64,000 bases of DNA, taken from assembly GCA_040403925.1 (NCBI GenBank), contig JBBAJV010000006.1, positions 341 through 64,340 on the forward strand. The letters run 5' to 3'. The notes below the pieces were generated by a model. The model was not told the origin of the DNA, did not search any database, and worked only from the letters and a program-made list of their open reading frames with translations. Below, one piece after another: positions 18,669 to 28,302 of the stretch. Each line of letters starts with the position of its first letter. Position 1 is the stretch's first letter. This DNA is from Sediminibacterium sp. Lineage in GTDB: Bacteria; Bacteroidota; Bacteroidia; Chitinophagales; Chitinophagaceae. Position numbers and translations under genes: made by a program.

Positions 18669-19425
18669 CTAAACTAAATAATGCAAAGTCGTATTTGACG
18701 GGATCTCTCGGATCTAAAGTTCGGCAATAATTGGTTAATTCAATTGCAGTCAACCAATCTATTTGCGGACGGGAGATCAACCCAAAAGTTCTTGACACCC
18801 TTGCTACATGCACATCAATGGGTATGATTAAATCGGCAGGGGAGATGGCTTTCCACAAGCCAAAGTCAACCCCATGTTGATCCTTACGCACCATCCATCT
18901 CAGCAACATATTCAATCTTTTACAGGTGGATCCATTTTCGGGAGATGCAATATGTTTTTTGGTACGATCTGGTGCATCGTCAATTGAAAAAAAGTAATTT
19001 TTAAAATTGACTAGTCCTGCTTCAACAGTCTTTATTTTTTTGCCTGATTGCTGATCGATAAAAAAAGCTGTTTCTAAACTTTTTTGCGTGGCATAATGCT
19101 TTTTAAAAAATGCCATACAATACAATAAGTCGGTATCCTTGAATGTACGATGCGCGAAACCTGCTAATTTTTTTAAATCTTTTGCTTGGTGTTGGGTACA
19201 AAATTCAAATGGTGCATTGTCCATTCTTGTAAGCAATTCCTTGCACTTTTGAATAATGGTGGTACGATTGCCCCAAGCAAAGATGGCAGCAAAAAAAGCA
19301 GCAAGCTCAATATCCTGCTGCTTTGTAAATAAATGGGGTATACTAATTGGATCTTTTTCGATAAAGTCAATATGGTTGTACTGCTTTACTTTTTGATCGA
19401 GTAATTGTTTAATTGCGGCGTTCAT
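18646..19425 (-). CDS. TIGR02757/DUF2400 family protein
   Basis: DPISIPH, AWGNR, CKRLNMLLRWMVR, IPIDVHV, DPVKYDFALF. Confidence 0.85.
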   Translation of the reverse strand: MNAAIKQLLDQKVKQYNHIDFIEKDPISIPHLFTKQQDIELAAFFAAIFAWGNRTTIIQKCKELLTRMDNAPFEFCTQHQAKDLKKLAGFAHRTFKDTDLLYCMAFFKKHYATQKSLETAFFIDQQSGKKIKTVEAGLVNFKNYFFSIDDAPDRTKKHIASPENGSTCKRLNMLLRWMVRKDQHGVDFGLWKAISPADLIIPIDVHVARVSRTFGLISRPQIDWLTAIELTNYCRTLDPRDPVKYDFALFSLGVTEKIR

Positions 19426-20576
19426 TATCCAATGGCCTGTGCTAAATCTGCAATGATATCTTCGGCATCTTCAATCCCTACACTCAAACGAATTAAGCCA
19501 TCTGCTAATCCATTGGCAATTCTTTGCTCGCGAGGAATGGAAGCATGGGTCATACTTGCAGGGTGGTTGATCAAAGATTCAACACCGCCTAAACTTTCGG
19601 CCAATGAAAATATCTTTGTACTTGACAATACTTTTGTTGCTGCTGCAACACTGTCATCTTTTAATACAAAGCTCATCATGCCACCAAATCCACGCATTTG
19701 TTTTTTAGCAATGTCATGGTTGTGATGGTCTGTAAAGCCGCACCAGTATACTTTTTCCACTTTTGGATGTTGACGTAAATAGGCGGCTACTTGTTCGCCA
19801 TTTTCGCAATGTCTTTGCATTCTTACATGCAATGTTTTGATGCCTCTTAATACTAAAAAACAATCCTGTGGTCCTGGCACTGCCCCTGTACTTTTTTGAA
19901 TAAAATACAATTGGTCTCTTAGCGTTTGATCATTTAGCATCAAACAACCTTGAATGACATCGCTATGACCACCTAAATATTTAGTAGCCGAGTGCATCAC
20001 AATGGTGGCACCTTGATCCAATGGGTTTTGTAAATATGGAGAGGCAAATGTATTGTCTACACAAACAATGCAGTTGTGTTTTTTACCTACAGCTGATACC
20101 GCTTCGATATCTGTAATATTCATCAATGGATTGGTAGGTGTTTCTACCCAAATTAATTTAGTCTTTGCTGTCATCGCAGCTGCGACATTTGCTACGTCAG
20201 AAGTATCTACATAAATAAATTTGATGCCCATCCTCTCATGCACTTTTGAAAACAACCTGAAAGAACCTCCATACATATCATGCGCTGCAACGACTTCGTC
20301 TCCCGGAACTAGTAAACGCATCACTGCGTCTGTTGCTGCCACACCACTTGCAAAAGCCAATCCAAATTTTGCATTTTCAATCACCGCAAATGCTTCTTCC
20401 AAAGCGAATCTTGTAGGATTTTGACTTCTTGCATATTCATAGCCCTGATGCACGCCAGGAGCGGATTGTACATAAGTAGAAGTTTGGTAAATAGGCGTCA
20501 TAATAGCGCCCGTACTTGGATCCGGATGTGCACCTGCATGAATGAATTTGGTCCCTAAATTATTTTTATTGCTCAT
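19425..20576 (-). CDS. Cystathionine gamma-synthase/gamma-lyase (Cys/Met metabolism PLP enzyme)
   Basis: PIYQTSTY, YARSQNPT, ETPTNP, DNTF, SATKYLGGHSD, AESLGGVESL. TAATG overlap with the next gene. Confidence 0.92.
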   Translation of the reverse strand: MSNKNNLGTKFIHAGAHPDPSTGAIMTPIYQTSTYVQSAPGVHQGYEYARSQNPTRFALEEAFAVIENAKFGLAFASGVAATDAVMRLLVPGDEVVAAHDMYGGSFRLFSKVHERMGIKFIYVDTSDVANVAAAMTAKTKLIWVETPTNPLMNITDIEAVSAVGKKHNCIVCVDNTFASPYLQNPLDQGATIVMHSATKYLGGHSDVIQGCLMLNDQTLRDQLYFIQKSTGAVPGPQDCFLVLRGIKTLHVRMQRHCENGEQVAAYLRQHPKVEKVYWCGFTDHHNHDIAKKQMRGFGGMMSFVLKDDSVAAATKVLSSTKIFSLAESLGGVESLINHPASMTHASIPREQRIANGLADGLIRLSVGIEDAEDIIADLAQAIG

Positions 20577-20595
20577 CTTAATTGGTATTATTTAA

Positions 20596-21276
20596 TTAGA
20601 TATTTTTTATTTGATTTCCGTTTTTAAACATTCGATATGAAAAGACAGATGGAATGATCACCATTACAGCCGTTGCCAACATAAATCCAATAAAGCCGAA
20701 TTTCATTGGTAATACTAAGGTAATAAATGCTTGAAACAAGCCACCATAGATCCAATACTTGCTCGCTACTTTATGTGTCTCATTCCAGTTGTCTACATTT
20801 TCTAATGTCCAAGGCAATTTAAATCCTACAAAATAATTTTGTTTAAACTTAGGCATATACCAGCCTATTCCAGCAAAAGACAATCCAACCAATGGCAAAA
20901 TCAATTGACCTACATTGATCTGATCGGCATGGGTGGATGAATAAATAATAATCAAACTTAATATACTTAAAAAAGCAACCGTTAAAACGGCAAAATCCTT
21001 ATAAAGTGTATCGTTGGCTTCATCGTATTTTTTAGGATCAAATTTTTTTAGGTTTGATAATAGCACATAAACAAAAATGCTCACAGCCCCCATAATCCCT
21101 GGGCCTAAAAAAATACTGGATGGTCCACCCCAGGCGTCTGCCTTCCCCACGATATTAAAATGGGTTGGAATTTTACTCGGTAATTGAGGAAAAATCAAGG
21201 CGCCATAAATAAATGGGGCGATAATCATCAGGGCAACAAGCCAAGGTCCGTATTTTTTAGTATTCATCACTATCAA
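20596..21276 (-). CDS. SdpI/DUF1648 family membrane protein
   Basis: LP.KIPTHFN..G.AD, GFKLPWTL, WNETH motifs; about 6 TM helices. Confidence 0.82.
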   Translation of the reverse strand: MIVMNTKKYGPWLVALMIIAPFIYGALIFPQLPSKIPTHFNIVGKADAWGGPSSIFLGPGIMGAVSIFVYVLLSNLKKFDPKKYDEANDTLYKDFAVLTVAFLSILSLIIIYSSTHADQINVGQLILPLVGLSFAGIGWYMPKFKQNYFVGFKLPWTLENVDNWNETHKVASKYWIYGGLFQAFITLVLPMKFGFIGFMLATAVMVIIPSVFSYRMFKNGNQIKNI

Positions 21277-21349
21277 TTAGAGCCTCAAGGTACAAAATTT
21301 TTGCCTTAGCAACCTTTTACATGAATTGGGCAAATCTGCCTAAATAAAT

Positions 21350-21357
21350 TACTTTTG
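21350..21357 (+). promoter_or_regulatory. Bacteroidota -7 promoter element for the DHS-like gene
   Basis: TACTTTTG, 16 nt before ATG 21374. Confidence 0.6.
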
Positions 21358-21373
21358 CATCAAATCAATTGAT

Positions 21374-22348
21374 ATGAGCAAAGGACCAATTTCACAGTTT
21401 ATAGAGCACCATTATCGACACTTTAATGCTGCTGCCTTAGTAGATGCTGCTAAAGGGTATGAAACGCATTTATTAGAAGGAGGCAAGATGTTAGTGAGCT
21501 TGGCTGGTGCCATGAGTACGGCAGAATTAGGAATCAGTTTAGCAGAAATGATCCGTCAAGACAAAATTGCGATTATCAGCTGTACAGGAGCCAATTTAGA
21601 GGAAGATGTGATGAACCTAGTAGCACATAGTCATTACAAGCGCGTTCCTAATTATAGAGATTTAACACCACAGGATGAGTGGGATTTATTAGAAAACCAT
21701 TACAACCGTGTGACGGATACTTGTATTCCAGAAGAGGAAGCATTTAGAAGATTACAAAAGCATATTGTTAAGTTCTGGAAAGAAGCTGAAGTAAAAGGGG
21801 AGCGTTATTTTCCGCATGAGTTCATGTATCAAGTTATTTTGAGCGGCGAGTTAGAGCAATATTATGAAATTGATCCTAAGGATAGCTGGGTGGTAGCTGC
21901 TGCGAAAAAGAATATTCCAATTGTGGTACCAGGATGGGAGGATAGCACCACTGGAAATATCTTTGCTAGTTATGTCATTAAAAATGAATTAAAAGCAAGT
22001 ACGGTTAAAAATGGTATTGAATATATGGTGCAACTAACAGAATGGTATAGAGCCAATAGTGGCGGGAAGGGTGTTGGATTTTTCCAAGTGGGTGGAGGTA
22101 TTGCTGGTGATTTCCCTATCTGTGTCGTACCTATGATGTACCAAGATCTAGAATGGCATGATGTGCCTTTTTGGAGTTATTTCTGTCAAATCAGTGACAG
22201 TACGACTTCTTATGGATCCTACTCTGGTGCGGTTCCTAACGAAAAAATTACCTGGGGTAAATTAGATATTCATACGCCTAAGTTTATTGTAGAGAGTGAT
22301 GCCACAATTGTCGTGCCATTGATATTCTCTTATATCCTTGGAGAGTAA
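21374..22348 (+). CDS. Deoxyhypusine synthase-like protein (probable homospermidine synthase)
   Basis: HFNAAAL, AGAMST, TGAN, GGGIAGDF, DS..YGSYSGA.PNEKITWGK with the catalytic Lys retained. Confidence 0.88.
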   Translation: MSKGPISQFIEHHYRHFNAAALVDAAKGYETHLLEGGKMLVSLAGAMSTAELGISLAEMIRQDKIAIISCTGANLEEDVMNLVAHSHYKRVPNYRDLTPQDEWDLLENHYNRVTDTCIPEEEAFRRLQKHIVKFWKEAEVKGERYFPHEFMYQVILSGELEQYYEIDPKDSWVVAAAKKNIPIVVPGWEDSTTGNIFASYVIKNELKASTVKNGIEYMVQLTEWYRANSGGKGVGFFQVGGGIAGDFPICVVPMMYQDLEWHDVPFWSYFCQISDSTTSYGSYSGAVPNEKITWGKLDIHTPKFIVESDATIVVPLIFSYILGE

Positions 22349-22351
22349 TTT

Positions 22352-22435
22352 TTAGCGTTCGAAAAAATACCTAATCCTTGCTCACGCTCGCAAGCTCGAA
22401 CACTCGCTCGGATTAGTATTTATTTCAAACGCTAA
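22352..22435. repeat. 84-bp imperfect inverted-repeat element with GC-rich (gctcg-repeat) centre; REP/MITE-like
   Basis: Arms ttagcgttcgaaaaaatacctaatcc / ggattagtatttatttcaaacgctaa flank ttgctcacgctcgcaagctcgaacactcgctc. Only one copy in this window. Confidence 0.5.
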
Positions 22436-22461
22436 TATTGTATAAAAAATATATAAGAAAT

Positions 22462-22494
22462 AAAAATGCCCCTTAGCAATAAGGGGCATTTTTT
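22462..22494. terminator. Bidirectional intrinsic terminator
   Basis: aaaaatgcccctta-gcaa-taaggggcatttttt between convergent genes. Confidence 0.85.
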
Positions 22495-22510
22495 ATGAAG
22501 TCAGTTCGGA

Positions 22511-23965
22511 CTATCTGTTCGCTGGCATATTCAAAGGCATGTCGCGCTTTAACATCTCTTCTCTTGTAGCCATTTCCCATGCAGTTTCAAAAATGACTCT
22601 TGCTCTTTTTTCCATCAAATCAAAATTAATTTTTTCCACCCTGTCTGTTGGTTTATGGTAGTCTGCATGTGTTCCATTGAAATAGAAAATTACAGGCACC
22701 CCTTTTGCAGCAAAATTGTAATGGTCGCTTCTGTAATAAAAACGATTTGGATCTTTAGGATCATTGAATCTTCTATCCAATTCCATATTGTAGTTTTTAT
22801 TCACCTTATCTGTGATAGGTTGTAAATCACTACTCAACTTATCTTCTCCAATCACATATACATAGTTCATGGAATCTCCTTTATAAGTTGGATCAATACG
22901 ACCAATCATATCGATATTTAAATCGGCAGTGGTTTTTTCCAATGGGAAAATAGGATGGTCTCCATAATACTTAGAACCTAATAATCCTTTTTCTTCTCCT
23001 GATACATTCATGAATACAATATTTCTTTTTGGACTAAATCCTTTCTTTCTTGCATATGCAAATGCTTCTGCAATCGCAACTACACCTGTTGTTCCTGATC
23101 CATCATCATCCGCGCCATAATAGATAACGCCATTCTTAATGCCTTCGTGGTCATAATGACTCGTGATAAATAAATACTCATCCGATTTTTCTTTGCTTGG
23201 AATATAGGCAATGACATTGGCACTTGGTATCGTCACACTTGTTCTGTCTGATGTCCATTCAATGGCAGCAGTATATTTACCAACTGGGAGGGTTTCCCAT
23301 TCTTGGTCACTGAAATCTTTTGTTCCACCCAATAATGCAGCGCCAACAGTTTTAGAAACAGTCATACTTACAAAAGTATTGGTATTGGCAGCAAAAGCCA
23401 ATCGACCACTTAAGTTACTAGGCATGGTTGGGTTTGTTTTTGCAATATTGATGATACCAATCGCACCTAATTTTTGTGCCGCCATCGTTTTGCTCATGGC
23501 TCTTTCCTTACCTTCTATGCTGATTAATAACTTGCCTCTAACATCTAAAGTAGACTTGTCATTGAATTCAGCGCCTACAAAAAATAAATCACTACTTGTA
23601 AATAAATTTTGTGGTGCGGCTGCTGCACTGATCCAAAAATCTTTGTCTAAAGCATAGCTTGTGCCATTTACTTTTAAACTTGCACTAGTTAATTTATCTT
23701 GAAATAAACTAAAGGGCATTCTATAAGATCCAGCGTTGCCAGGAGTTAGTTCCATTTTCTTGTATTGGCTTACTAAATAGCTAGCCGCTTTTCTTTCTCC
23801 TTCTGTTCCAGTTTCTCTACCTTGCATTTCCTCACCAGCAATGATGCTAAGGTGTTTTTTTAAGCCTGCTGCTGTGATGGTTTTAGCTGCAGTGTTGGCA
23901 TCGATGGTTTGTGCATTCACAAATCCAATACTCAAACTCAGCAGTACAATGAAAATTTTACGCAT
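22511..23965 (-). CDS. M28 family metallopeptidase, secreted
   Basis: Signal peptide; SHYDH, GADDDGSG, GEEKGLLGS, NIDMIG, RSDHY, YHKPTD. Confidence 0.9.
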   Translation of the reverse strand: MRKIFIVLLSLSIGFVNAQTIDANTAAKTITAAGLKKHLSIIAGEEMQGRETGTEGERKAASYLVSQYKKMELTPGNAGSYRMPFSLFQDKLTSASLKVNGTSYALDKDFWISAAAAPQNLFTSSDLFFVGAEFNDKSTLDVRGKLLISIEGKERAMSKTMAAQKLGAIGIINIAKTNPTMPSNLSGRLAFAANTNTFVSMTVSKTVGAALLGGTKDFSDQEWETLPVGKYTAAIEWTSDRTSVTIPSANVIAYIPSKEKSDEYLFITSHYDHEGIKNGVIYYGADDDGSGTTGVVAIAEAFAYARKKGFSPKRNIVFMNVSGEEKGLLGSKYYGDHPIFPLEKTTADLNIDMIGRIDPTYKGDSMNYVYVIGEDKLSSDLQPITDKVNKNYNMELDRRFNDPKDPNRFYYRSDHYNFAAKGVPVIFYFNGTHADYHKPTDRVEKINFDLMEKRARVIFETAWEMATREEMLKRDMPLNMPANR

Positions 23966-24029
23966 GTTGATTAATTTTAAGTGACAATAGTTGATTTAAA
24001 TGTAGTTATTTTTTGGTGAAATTAGGTTG

Positions 24030-24482
24030 TTAGCAACTGATCTTATCTACTCTGCCTTGATGTCGTCCACCTTCAAATGCGGTATTCATAAATAGATCGA
24101 TCATTTCGATGGCGGATTCAACACCCACAAATCTCGCAGGGATACAAATGATATTTGCGTCATTGTGCAATCTTGTTAACTGTGCCACTTCAGGTAACCA
24201 GCATAAACCAGCTCGAATACCTGCATGTTTATTGGCTGTGATGGCTACACCATTTGCAGAGCCGCAAAATAAAATACCAAAAGCAGCTTCCCCAGTTTCA
24301 ACACTTGCTGCAGTAGGATGCGCAAAATCTGGGTAATCCACAGAATCAGTCGTATAGGTGCCAAAATCTTTGACTTGGTATCCTTTTTTTTCGAGCCACT
24401 CAATTACTTCTTGTTTGTAAGCTACGCCAGCATGATCTGCACCCAATGCGATAGGTTTAGATAGATCAAAAACATAAGCCAT
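24030..24482 (-). CDS. rpiB: Ribose-5-phosphate isomerase B
   Basis: GADHAG, DYPD, CGSANG, ANK..GIRA, HNDAN, FEGGRH..RV. Confidence 0.93.
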   Translation of the reverse strand: MAYVFDLSKPIALGADHAGVAYKQEVIEWLEKKGYQVKDFGTYTTDSVDYPDFAHPTAASVETGEAAFGILFCGSANGVAITANKHAGIRAGLCWLPEVAQLTRLHNDANIICIPARFVGVESAIEMIDLFMNTAFEGGRHQGRVDKISC

Positions 24483-24526
24483 ATGAATCGATTTTAAATT
24501 GTTGCTAACTTAATAATAGTTAATTA

Positions 24527-25378
24527 TTACTCCCACTCTTCTTCTGCTTTCTTCACTGATTTATAAGCCCATCTAGACACAACTATACTTAATTCAAATA
24601 AGGAATATAAAGGAATAAAGACCAATAACTGACTATACCAATCTGGACTTGGTGTAATGAATGCGGCCACAATTAAAATAACAACAGCTGCATATTTTCG
24701 CGCTCCGCTTAAAAACTTAGGGGTGACCATGCCGATTTTAGTCAATAAAAAAGCCAATACAGGCAATTCAAATGCAATGCCACAGCCCAATATAAGGTTG
24801 GTTAAATTATCTAAATAATCTGCAAAAGTAGGCATGGTGGTGATCACATTCTTGGTACCTAATTGGAAGCTTGCTAAGAAATTAAATGTGAAAGGGCCTA
24901 GTATGAAAAATCCAAACGCTGCGCCTAAAAAGAAAAAGAAGGAGACCCAAAAAATCATGAATCTTGTATTGCTTAATTCACGTTCTTTTAATGCTGGTTT
25001 GATGAAGGACCAAAACTGATAAAAAATAAACGGGAAAGCAGTGATGATGCCACCCACAATCGCCATGCTTATACTACTCAAGAACTGTCCACCAAATGTG
25101 GTGCTTTGCATGGTTACTTTCACAGCAGGCATACACAATGCATTGCCTAATCCAGCCCAATGGCTGAATTCACAAAATAAACGATAGGTAATAAAATCTG
25201 GTTGAATCGGACCCGTAATGACATTATCCATGATCCAGTCACGCTTTATAAAAATCACTAAGGCCATGACCAAAATTGCTGCTGCAGACCTTACGATGGT
25301 GCCTCTTAATACTTCGAGATGATCGATGAAAGACATCTCGGAACCATCTTTTGAATTTAAACGATCAAATAGTGCCAT
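24527..25378 (-). CDS. tatC: Twin-arginine translocase subunit TatC
   Basis: EMSFIDHLE.LR, FELP, AFITP.PD motifs; 6 TM helices. Confidence 0.93.
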   Translation of the reverse strand: MALFDRLNSKDGSEMSFIDHLEVLRGTIVRSAAAILVMALVIFIKRDWIMDNVITGPIQPDFITYRLFCEFSHWAGLGNALCMPAVKVTMQSTTFGGQFLSSISMAIVGGIITAFPFIFYQFWSFIKPALKERELSNTRFMIFWVSFFFFLGAAFGFFILGPFTFNFLASFQLGTKNVITTMPTFADYLDNLTNLILGCGIAFELPVLAFLLTKIGMVTPKFLSGARKYAAVVILIVAAFITPSPDWYSQLLVFIPLYSLFELSIVVSRWAYKSVKKAEEEWE

Positions 25379-25448
25379 GGATTGTTAAAATGAAGCCTAA
25401 AGTTAAGGCTTCTAGGGCAAAATGAGGGCCTAAAACCTAAAAATACTA

Positions 25449-26684
25449 TTAGTGTATGGTCAACTTTACTTTCTCAATTCTGGTATCGCTTACTAAGAGG
25501 ATTTCGGCATCAAAATGGCTTAAATGAATCACTTCTCTTACTTTAGGAATGGTTTCGTGTTTATGGATCAAATAACCACTCAAAGTCTCTGCACTATCGG
25601 CTGCAAAGTCGATACCATATTTTTCATATAAATAGTCCAATTCTAACCTGCCACTAAATATATATTCGTTGGCAGAAAGCTTCTTTTCTAAAAACTCTTG
25701 TTCATCATATTCGTCATTGATCTCACCAAAAATTTCTTCCAACACATCTTCCATGGTCACAATCCCTGCAGTTCCACCAAATTCATCTACCACCCATGCA
25801 ATACTTTTTCTTTTTTTAGAAAATAAATTAATTAAGTCTGCTGCGTTCATGCTTTCAGTTACCAATAAAACAGGGTGTAGTATCGCTTTAATTTCTGTAG
25901 GCTTTTTAAATAAATCCAACTGATGTACATACCCAACAATATTGTCTAGGGTATCATTGTAGACAATGAGTTTGCTCAATTTTGTTTCAATGAAAAGATC
26001 TTTTAATTCGGATATTGGAGTAAGCATATCAACACCAATAATTTCTGTTCTTGGCACCAAACATTTGCGCACTTTAATATCAGGCAAGCTCAATGCATTT
26101 TCAAATAAGTCTGTATTCAATTCTTGTTGTTCCTGATGTGGATTGGTTTGTTGCACAAAATGCGCTAAATCTACTTTAGTAAAGGCTTCTTTTTTATAAA
26201 CCATTTTAACTTGCAATAGGTTACTTAAAACCCATTGCGCCGTATTCACTAAAACCACAGTGAGTGGTTTAAATAAGATATGGAAAAATTGTGCGACTGG
26301 CGCAAAAGTATTAATTAAGGATGCTGCCCTTGCTTTAAACATGGCTTTTGGAACAAGCTCACCTATAAATAAAATAACAAAAGTAGAAACCAATGTGTTG
26401 CCTACTAAAATGGCGCCATCACCCAATCCAAATCTGCTCCAAATATGGGTATGCAATAGTTCTTCAAATAAAATACCAAAAACAACCAATGAAATATTAA
26501 GTCCTATTAGACAAGTACCAATAAACTGTGTTGGTGCTTCAAGAAAACCAGCAATGATTTTACCTGACCTGCTGCCTTGTTTTTTCTTTAATTCTAAACT
26601 AAGGCGATTGGCACTTACAAAGCCAATCTCATAGCCAGAGAAAAAACCAATTAAAATTACAGATGCAACGATGGCAAAAATCAT
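25449..26684 (-). CDS. Hemolysin family CNNM/CBS/CorC membrane protein
   Basis: GFFSGYE, GELVPK, VVDEFGGTAGIVTMEDVLEEIFGEI.DEYD. Confidence 0.88.
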   Translation of the reverse strand: MIFAIVASVILIGFFSGYEIGFVSANRLSLELKKKQGSRSGKIIAGFLEAPTQFIGTCLIGLNISLVVFGILFEELLHTHIWSRFGLGDGAILVGNTLVSTFVILFIGELVPKAMFKARAASLINTFAPVAQFFHILFKPLTVVLVNTAQWVLSNLLQVKMVYKKEAFTKVDLAHFVQQTNPHQEQQELNTDLFENALSLPDIKVRKCLVPRTEIIGVDMLTPISELKDLFIETKLSKLIVYNDTLDNIVGYVHQLDLFKKPTEIKAILHPVLLVTESMNAADLINLFSKKRKSIAWVVDEFGGTAGIVTMEDVLEEIFGEINDEYDEQEFLEKKLSANEYIFSGRLELDYLYEKYGIDFAADSAETLSGYLIHKHETIPKVREVIHLSHFDAEILLVSDTRIEKVKLTIH

Positions 26685-26712
26685 AGTTTGTTTTTAAATC
26701 AAAAATACCTGT

Positions 26713-27702
26713 TTACCATTCTGGCAATACAGGTTTAGTATCAATGATCCCTTCTATCTGTTCCATAATCTCGGGGGTCAATAGTGTAGCGGTTTCCAGA
26801 GCTGTTAAATTGTCTAACAATTGTGTTTTATTGGTGGCACCTAATATTGCAGTAGATACATTTGGGTTTTTAATACACCATGCAATACTCAATGAAGCAG
26901 TACTTACTTTTAAAGCCTTTGCTAAAACACCCAATTGTTTCACTTTCGCAATTTTATCTTGCATCAACATTCTGTCTCTTAACCATTCAAAACCTTCAAT
27001 TTGCATTCTTGATCCATCTGGAATGCCATCATTGTATTTCCCAGTTAACAATCCAGAAGCGAGCGGACTCCAAATGGTTGTGCCCATGCCCACATTTTTA
27101 AATATTTCTACAAAATCATTTTCCATTTTATTGCGCTCAAACATATTATACTGAGGTTGTTCCATGGAAGGCCCAATCAATTTATATTTTTCTGCTATTC
27201 TATGCGCTTCCATGATCTCTACGCCACTCCATTCACTGGTGCCCCAATACAATATTTTTCCTTGTTGGATCAAGGTATTCATGGTTTGCACCACTTCTTC
27301 GATGGGGGTCGTTTTATCTGGACGATGACAAAAATATAAATCTAAGTAATCTGTTTCTAGTCTTTGTAATGCTTCATGACATGCTTCTGTTAAATGCTTT
27401 CTACTTAACCCTGTTTGGTTTGGCTTATTGGCTTTTCCTCTCCATCCAAAATAAGCTTTTGAAGACAGCACAATAGAAGTTCTATCCCATTTTTTTTGAC
27501 TTAAAACACGGCCCATCATTTTCTCACTTTCTCCACCAGCATACACTTCTGCATTGTCAAAAAAGTTCACACCTGCATCATAAGCAATACCCATTAATTC
27601 ATCTGCCACACGGTCATCTATTTGCTTGTGAAATGTGACCCAGCTTCCGAAACTTAATGTGCTTAATTGCAGCCCTGTTTTACCCATTTTTCTATAATCC
27701 AT
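26713..27702 (-). CDS. Aldo/keto reductase (Kv-beta-like)
   Basis: GSWVTF, FDNAEVY, SSK, LYFCHRPD, WGTSEW, WSPLASGLLTGKY. Confidence 0.9.
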   Translation of the reverse strand: MDYRKMGKTGLQLSTLSFGSWVTFHKQIDDRVADELMGIAYDAGVNFFDNAEVYAGGESEKMMGRVLSQKKWDRTSIVLSSKAYFGWRGKANKPNQTGLSRKHLTEACHEALQRLETDYLDLYFCHRPDKTTPIEEVVQTMNTLIQQGKILYWGTSEWSGVEIMEAHRIAEKYKLIGPSMEQPQYNMFERNKMENDFVEIFKNVGMGTTIWSPLASGLLTGKYNDGIPDGSRMQIEGFEWLRDRMLMQDKIAKVKQLGVLAKALKVSTASLSIAWCIKNPNVSTAILGATNKTQLLDNLTALETATLLTPEIMEQIEGIIDTKPVLPEW

Positions 27703-27711
27703 CTGGTTTAT

Positions 27712-28302
27712 TTAAGGGTTTAAACTACTGCTATCTTGTATGATGGCGTAGCTATTTGATTGTGGTTTAAAGATACGAATGTCTGTCAAATTTTGGTTGG
27801 CTTCTAGTCCTTTCCCATAAATTTTGGCCAATGGGTTATGTTGCTTCACCACCACATCCTTTTCGGTATAAAACTTGCCCGTATTTTGATCCCAATAGAT
27901 TTCCTTACACCATAAGGTATCCCCAAGGGTGTTAAAAATAATAACGTCCTCTTTTAAAAAGACAATATTTTCTGCCTCCTTATACTTTGCGTATTTAGCA
28001 GATAATTGACTTTCTATTTGATTGCTATACTTGTAAAAATCTACATGAATTGAAAGAGGGAACTCAATCATTTTACTACTATCCACTAAATATCGGTTCA
28101 TTAATGGCGCCGTTAATTTAGCGCCTAATTTTCCATCATTACTTATGTAGATAGCCACATCCTTTCCTACATCTATCCCGCTAACCCTTGCACCTAATGC
28201 TTTTACTGCATCTACGTCGTTCTCACATGAAGTCATAAAAAAGCAGCTACTCATACAAGCAACTGCTATTTTCAATATTGTATGATGGATTGGATTAGTC
28301 AT
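27712..28302 (-). CDS. lptC: LPS export ABC transporter periplasmic protein LptC (lipoprotein-type)
   Basis: Lipobox FMTSC, beta-jellyroll repeats, GDTLWCKEIYWDQ; sits in the coaX-OMP-lptC-hemolysin context. Start set at 28302. Confidence 0.75.
   Translation of the reverse strand: MTNPIHHTILKIAVACMSSCFFMTSCENDVDAVKALGARVSGIDVGKDVAIYISNDGKLGAKLTAPLMNRYLVDSSKMIEFPLSIHVDFYKYSNQIESQLSAKYAKYKEAENIVFLKEDVIIFNTLGDTLWCKEIYWDQNTGKFYTEKDVVVKQHNPLAKIYGKGLEANQNLTDIRIFKPQSNSYAIIQDSSSLNP

Noticed and set aside
22352-22435. Hairpin element as an integron attC site or CRISPR repeat
   Set aside because: It lacks RYYYAAC/GTTRRRY ends, has no second copy or spacer array, and no integrase or cas gene is present.
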